Of a stretch of 17,550 nt of DNA, positions 15,095-17,550 are shown one piece after another; the stretch's first letter is position 1, and every line of letters starts with the position of its first letter. Position numbers and translations under genes: made by a program. The stretch lies in assembly GCA_048882045.1 (NCBI GenBank), contig JBHLRZ010000048.1:1-17550 (forward strand), read 5' to 3'. Source of the stretch: Candidatus Thorarchaeota archaeon. GTDB lineage: Archaea > Asgardarchaeota > Thorarchaeia > Thorarchaeales > Thorarchaeaceae. The notes below the pieces were generated by a model that was not told where the DNA came from, searched no databases, and saw nothing but the letters and a program-made list of their open reading frames with translations.

Positions 15095-15445
15095 CTAGAT
15101 CCTCTCAAGCTGTGCTCTCACTGTTGAACCACAATAGTTGCATTTTGCCTCAAGGGGTCCAGTCCATTCGATGTCCTTTGAGGAAAGCTGTGCACCGCAA
15201 TTGGAACATTGGCTGGGTAGACGTACTGTCCTGATTTCAGTCCCGTCTGTTCTCGTCTGACCACGGTGCTTCTCTGGAATTGCGAAGCGCGGTGCCTCCA
15301 TACAAACACCATCAAATCTTCTTCTTCTTCCGCGTCGGAAAAATCTCATCACCATCATCAAGATGAACATCACTATAATGACTGGCACCCAGAAGAACAT
15401 TGAACCCATAGTTGGGAAAAAATCCCAAGGACCTGGCATCTGCAT
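15095..15445 (-). CDS. Single-TM protein with Arg-rich cytoplasmic stretch and C-terminal zinc ribbon
   Basis: ATG 15445 with GAGGTGA upstream. TM helix, then RRGRRRR, then CSNC-x18-CNYC. Confidence 0.78.
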   Translation of the reverse strand: MQMPGPWDFFPTMGSMFFWVPVIIVMFILMMVMRFFRRGRRRRFDGVCMEAPRFAIPEKHRGQTRTDGTEIRTVRLPSQCSNCGAQLSSKDIEWTGPLEAKCNYCGSTVRAQLERI

Positions 15446-15495
15446 CGTTCTCACCTCAAGATGATAAACAATGTACCGGCAAACGCTGATTACTC

Positions 15496-15503
15496 TTTAT
15501 ATA
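15496..15503 (-). promoter_or_regulatory. Putative TATA box for the 15445 gene
   Basis: TATATAAA on the minus strand, ~50 nt upstream of the SD-led ATG. Confidence 0.45.
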
Positions 15504-15553
15504 TGGCCTTCTGGCTCTACACCGATTGCTCCGATTAAACCTGTGATATGGGA

Positions 15554-16213
15554 TTAATGGATACGTCTATAGACCACTATTTGCCACATACTCATCTCTC
15601 GATAGAAGAGTCGCTCAAACCCATTCCTGCGAACAATCTCTTCAACCACCTCTGTGGGATGCACGAAGAAACGAAACGATCTTCGACGAAGACGATAGGT
15701 AAGATTCTCCAATACACCGGCAAACCTGACCTTCCAGTTGTTCAGCGGATAGACCACGCCATATAGTTTTCCCGCCAACGCTGAGGACTTCTCCACAAGT
15801 CCTTTAACGTCGTGGTAGCAGCAGATCACTCTGTCCAAAGTCACAATGTCACACTGGGGGATGTTTCCGGCCAAGTCAACGAAGTTCCCACATTGATGTT
15901 CTATGCTCTCTGTATGTCCCTGACGCTGTGCCTCCTCCTTTCCTGCTTCGATATATGCTGACGATGCCTCCACGTTGATGCAGCTACTCACTCCAGCTCT
16001 CAGTAACTCATGTTGGATGACACCGAATCCTCCGCCAATGTCAAGGAGGGTCATCTCAGATACGCCCTCTGCAAGGAGGGCATCAATCAGCACCTGAGTC
16101 GACTCCTCTGGCCCCTTCTCACGATACTGCTTGAGCTCTTTGGCGACATACTTCAGATCGAAGTGCTTTTCGATCCCACAGCATTGCTTGCAACTCATCG
16201 TTTCACTTCTCAT
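15554..16213 (-). CDS. Class I SAM-dependent methyltransferase, BchM/ChlM-like
   Basis: Motif I LLDIGGGFG, acidic motif II INVEAS, and DIVTLDRVICCY. The start may be ATG 16198 (MSCKQCC). Confidence 0.82.
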   Translation of the reverse strand: MRSETMSCKQCCGIEKHFDLKYVAKELKQYREKGPEESTQVLIDALLAEGVSEMTLLDIGGGFGVIQHELLRAGVSSCINVEASSAYIEAGKEEAQRQGHTESIEHQCGNFVDLAGNIPQCDIVTLDRVICCYHDVKGLVEKSSALAGKLYGVVYPLNNWKVRFAGVLENLTYRLRRRSFRFFVHPTEVVEEIVRRNGFERLFYREMSMWQIVVYRRIH

Positions 16214-16220
16214 TTCCTTA

Positions 16221-17492
16221 CTACGTAGTTTCCTCCTTATGTCCGGTTTCAGGGATGGTCATGATCAGGACTGTAGCAATCACCATGACCACAACGAGGT
16301 AGACAATCGAGTAGAAATACGAGCTTCCCACTCGAAGGGCTTCTAGGAGGATGGTACCCAGGAACCCACCAAGGTTGCCAAACCAGAACGCGAGACCAGT
16401 GCTTGCTCCAGCCAGCTCTGGACCCACTGTCTTGAACTCCTCAAGCATCGAGAGGGCGATGGGCATGACGGATATCAGGAAGAAACCAAGGACTGCTGAC
16501 GACACGTAAGTCAGCTCCGTGATTGTACTTGTTCCGACCAGATAGGTTGTGATGATGCCCACTATCAGGGAGACCATGAGGAACGGCTTCCTCCGTTGCA
16601 CCTTGTCTGAGATTGCTGGGACCACGATGGCTCCGATGATACCAAACACCATGAGCAGCACCATGACGATGACCGGGCTTCCGAGACCGGCGACAACGGG
16701 GATACCGAGGCTGATGAGGAGTTCCTCGATTATCGCTGTGAGACCGATGAAGATCCCGAATCCTGCGAAGAAGCCCAGGGAGATGAACCAGACGTTCCTG
16801 TCCTTCAGCATCTTTCGGACACTGGGTGTGGCTTCTGCCAGTACATCGATGTCTGGTGGAACGGGTGGTTTGTCCCGAGCCACAGCAAAGAAGGCGACCG
16901 TCAGGATCGTGGCTAGGATTGTGTCCATGTACAGGATTGTATTGATGTTTGCCTGGGCTGTGGCAGCGGTGAAGCCGGGTTCTCCGTAGAGTGGAGTCGT
17001 CCACAGTATCAGGCTCAGGGCTGTCCCTAGGAGCATTCCGAGCAGCATGAAGAGGGTGCTGACGCCAGTGGCGAGTCCGCGCTCACCCTTTGGGAACCAG
17101 CTCACACTCAGGTACACTATACAGTTCTGGATCATGACGGAACCGATTGAGAGACCGAACTGACACACGAAGACCATGAGGAAGTCGTTGAGCAGGAATA
17201 TCCTGATGGTTCCGAACAGGACCTGAAGGATTGCACCGAGACCGGCCACGATGACCAGTCCCTTACGGTCGGCCAGCCAACCCACGGGGATTGACAGGAT
17301 GATGAACGCCAGCGGCTGTGAGGCGGTCAGGAGCACGACGCTCGGGTCGCCTGCTGCCAGTCCGAACACGGGAGTCACCTCGTTCCGAATCAGGGAGAAT
17401 GTCAGCCACATCATCTGGCCCACCATAAAGATGAGGCCAAAGACAAGGAGCACTGCCCAACGGTAGCTATAAACTTTAGTTTCCTCAGTCAC
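16221..17492 (-). CDS. MFS transporter, FLVCR/SLC49-like
   Basis: About 12 TM segments. KVYSYRWAVL start, WLTFS, motif A GWLADRKG, SWFPKGERGLATG and ISDKVQRRKP. GTG start with AAGGTG upstream. Confidence 0.85.
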   Translation of the reverse strand: MTEETKVYSYRWAVLLVFGLIFMVGQMMWLTFSLIRNEVTPVFGLAAGDPSVVLLTASQPLAFIILSIPVGWLADRKGLVIVAGLGAILQVLFGTIRIFLLNDFLMVFVCQFGLSIGSVMIQNCIVYLSVSWFPKGERGLATGVSTLFMLLGMLLGTALSLILWTTPLYGEPGFTAATAQANINTILYMDTILATILTVAFFAVARDKPPVPPDIDVLAEATPSVRKMLKDRNVWFISLGFFAGFGIFIGLTAIIEELLISLGIPVVAGLGSPVIVMVLLMVFGIIGAIVVPAISDKVQRRKPFLMVSLIVGIITTYLVGTSTITELTYVSSAVLGFFLISVMPIALSMLEEFKTVGPELAGASTGLAFWFGNLGGFLGTILLEALRVGSSYFYSIVYLVVVMVIATVLIMTIPETGHKEETT

Positions 17493-17550
17493 GCAAACAC
17501 CTTCTTAGAAACAACTGGAGAACATTGCTACAACCGTCTAAAATTAATTC

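Noticed and set aside
15554-16213. Assigning bchM/chlM and inferring photosynthesis
   Set aside because: Only family-level resemblance; no other chlorophyll genes are in the window, and such homologs occur in non-phototrophs.
16441-17004. 187-aa minus-strand and 146-aa plus-strand overlapping ORFs
   Set aside because: Arg/His/Pro-rich off-frame and antisense shadows expected from a high-GC3 hydrophobic MFS gene.

Overview
Archaeal-style genomic window (TATA-like boxes, GGAG/GGTG Shine-Dalgarno motifs, GTG/TTG starts, membrane-anchored zinc-ribbon proteins). The gene content is reminiscent of Asgard archaea such as Thorarchaeia, but that is recall and inference, not a search result. Bases 1-6350 hold a head-to-tail array of at least five paralogous ~500-aa all-helical TPR-like genes (the first is truncated by the window edge), joined by 4-bp (A/T)TGA stop/start overlaps. 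They share conserved termini and scaffold helices, have highly variable loops, and show mosaic ancestry. The rest is an accessory mix: a secreted, membrane-anchored His/Cys beta-domain protein; a HEAT-repeat protein with a C-terminal PIP-box-like motif; a GPH/MelB-type MFS gene coupled to a serine esterase gene; two membrane zinc-ribbon proteins; a 4-TM protein; a surface beta-propeller; a CruF-like hydratase with a VOC gene; and an FLVCR-like MFS with a BchM-like methyltransferase. Between 11.65 and 13.81 kb, three same-orientation copies of a GTTAGCT-containing element bracket two single genes in a cassette-like way; one copy carries a decayed duplicate of the VOC gene 3' end. No rRNA, tRNA, CRISPR array, integrase or transposase was recognised.
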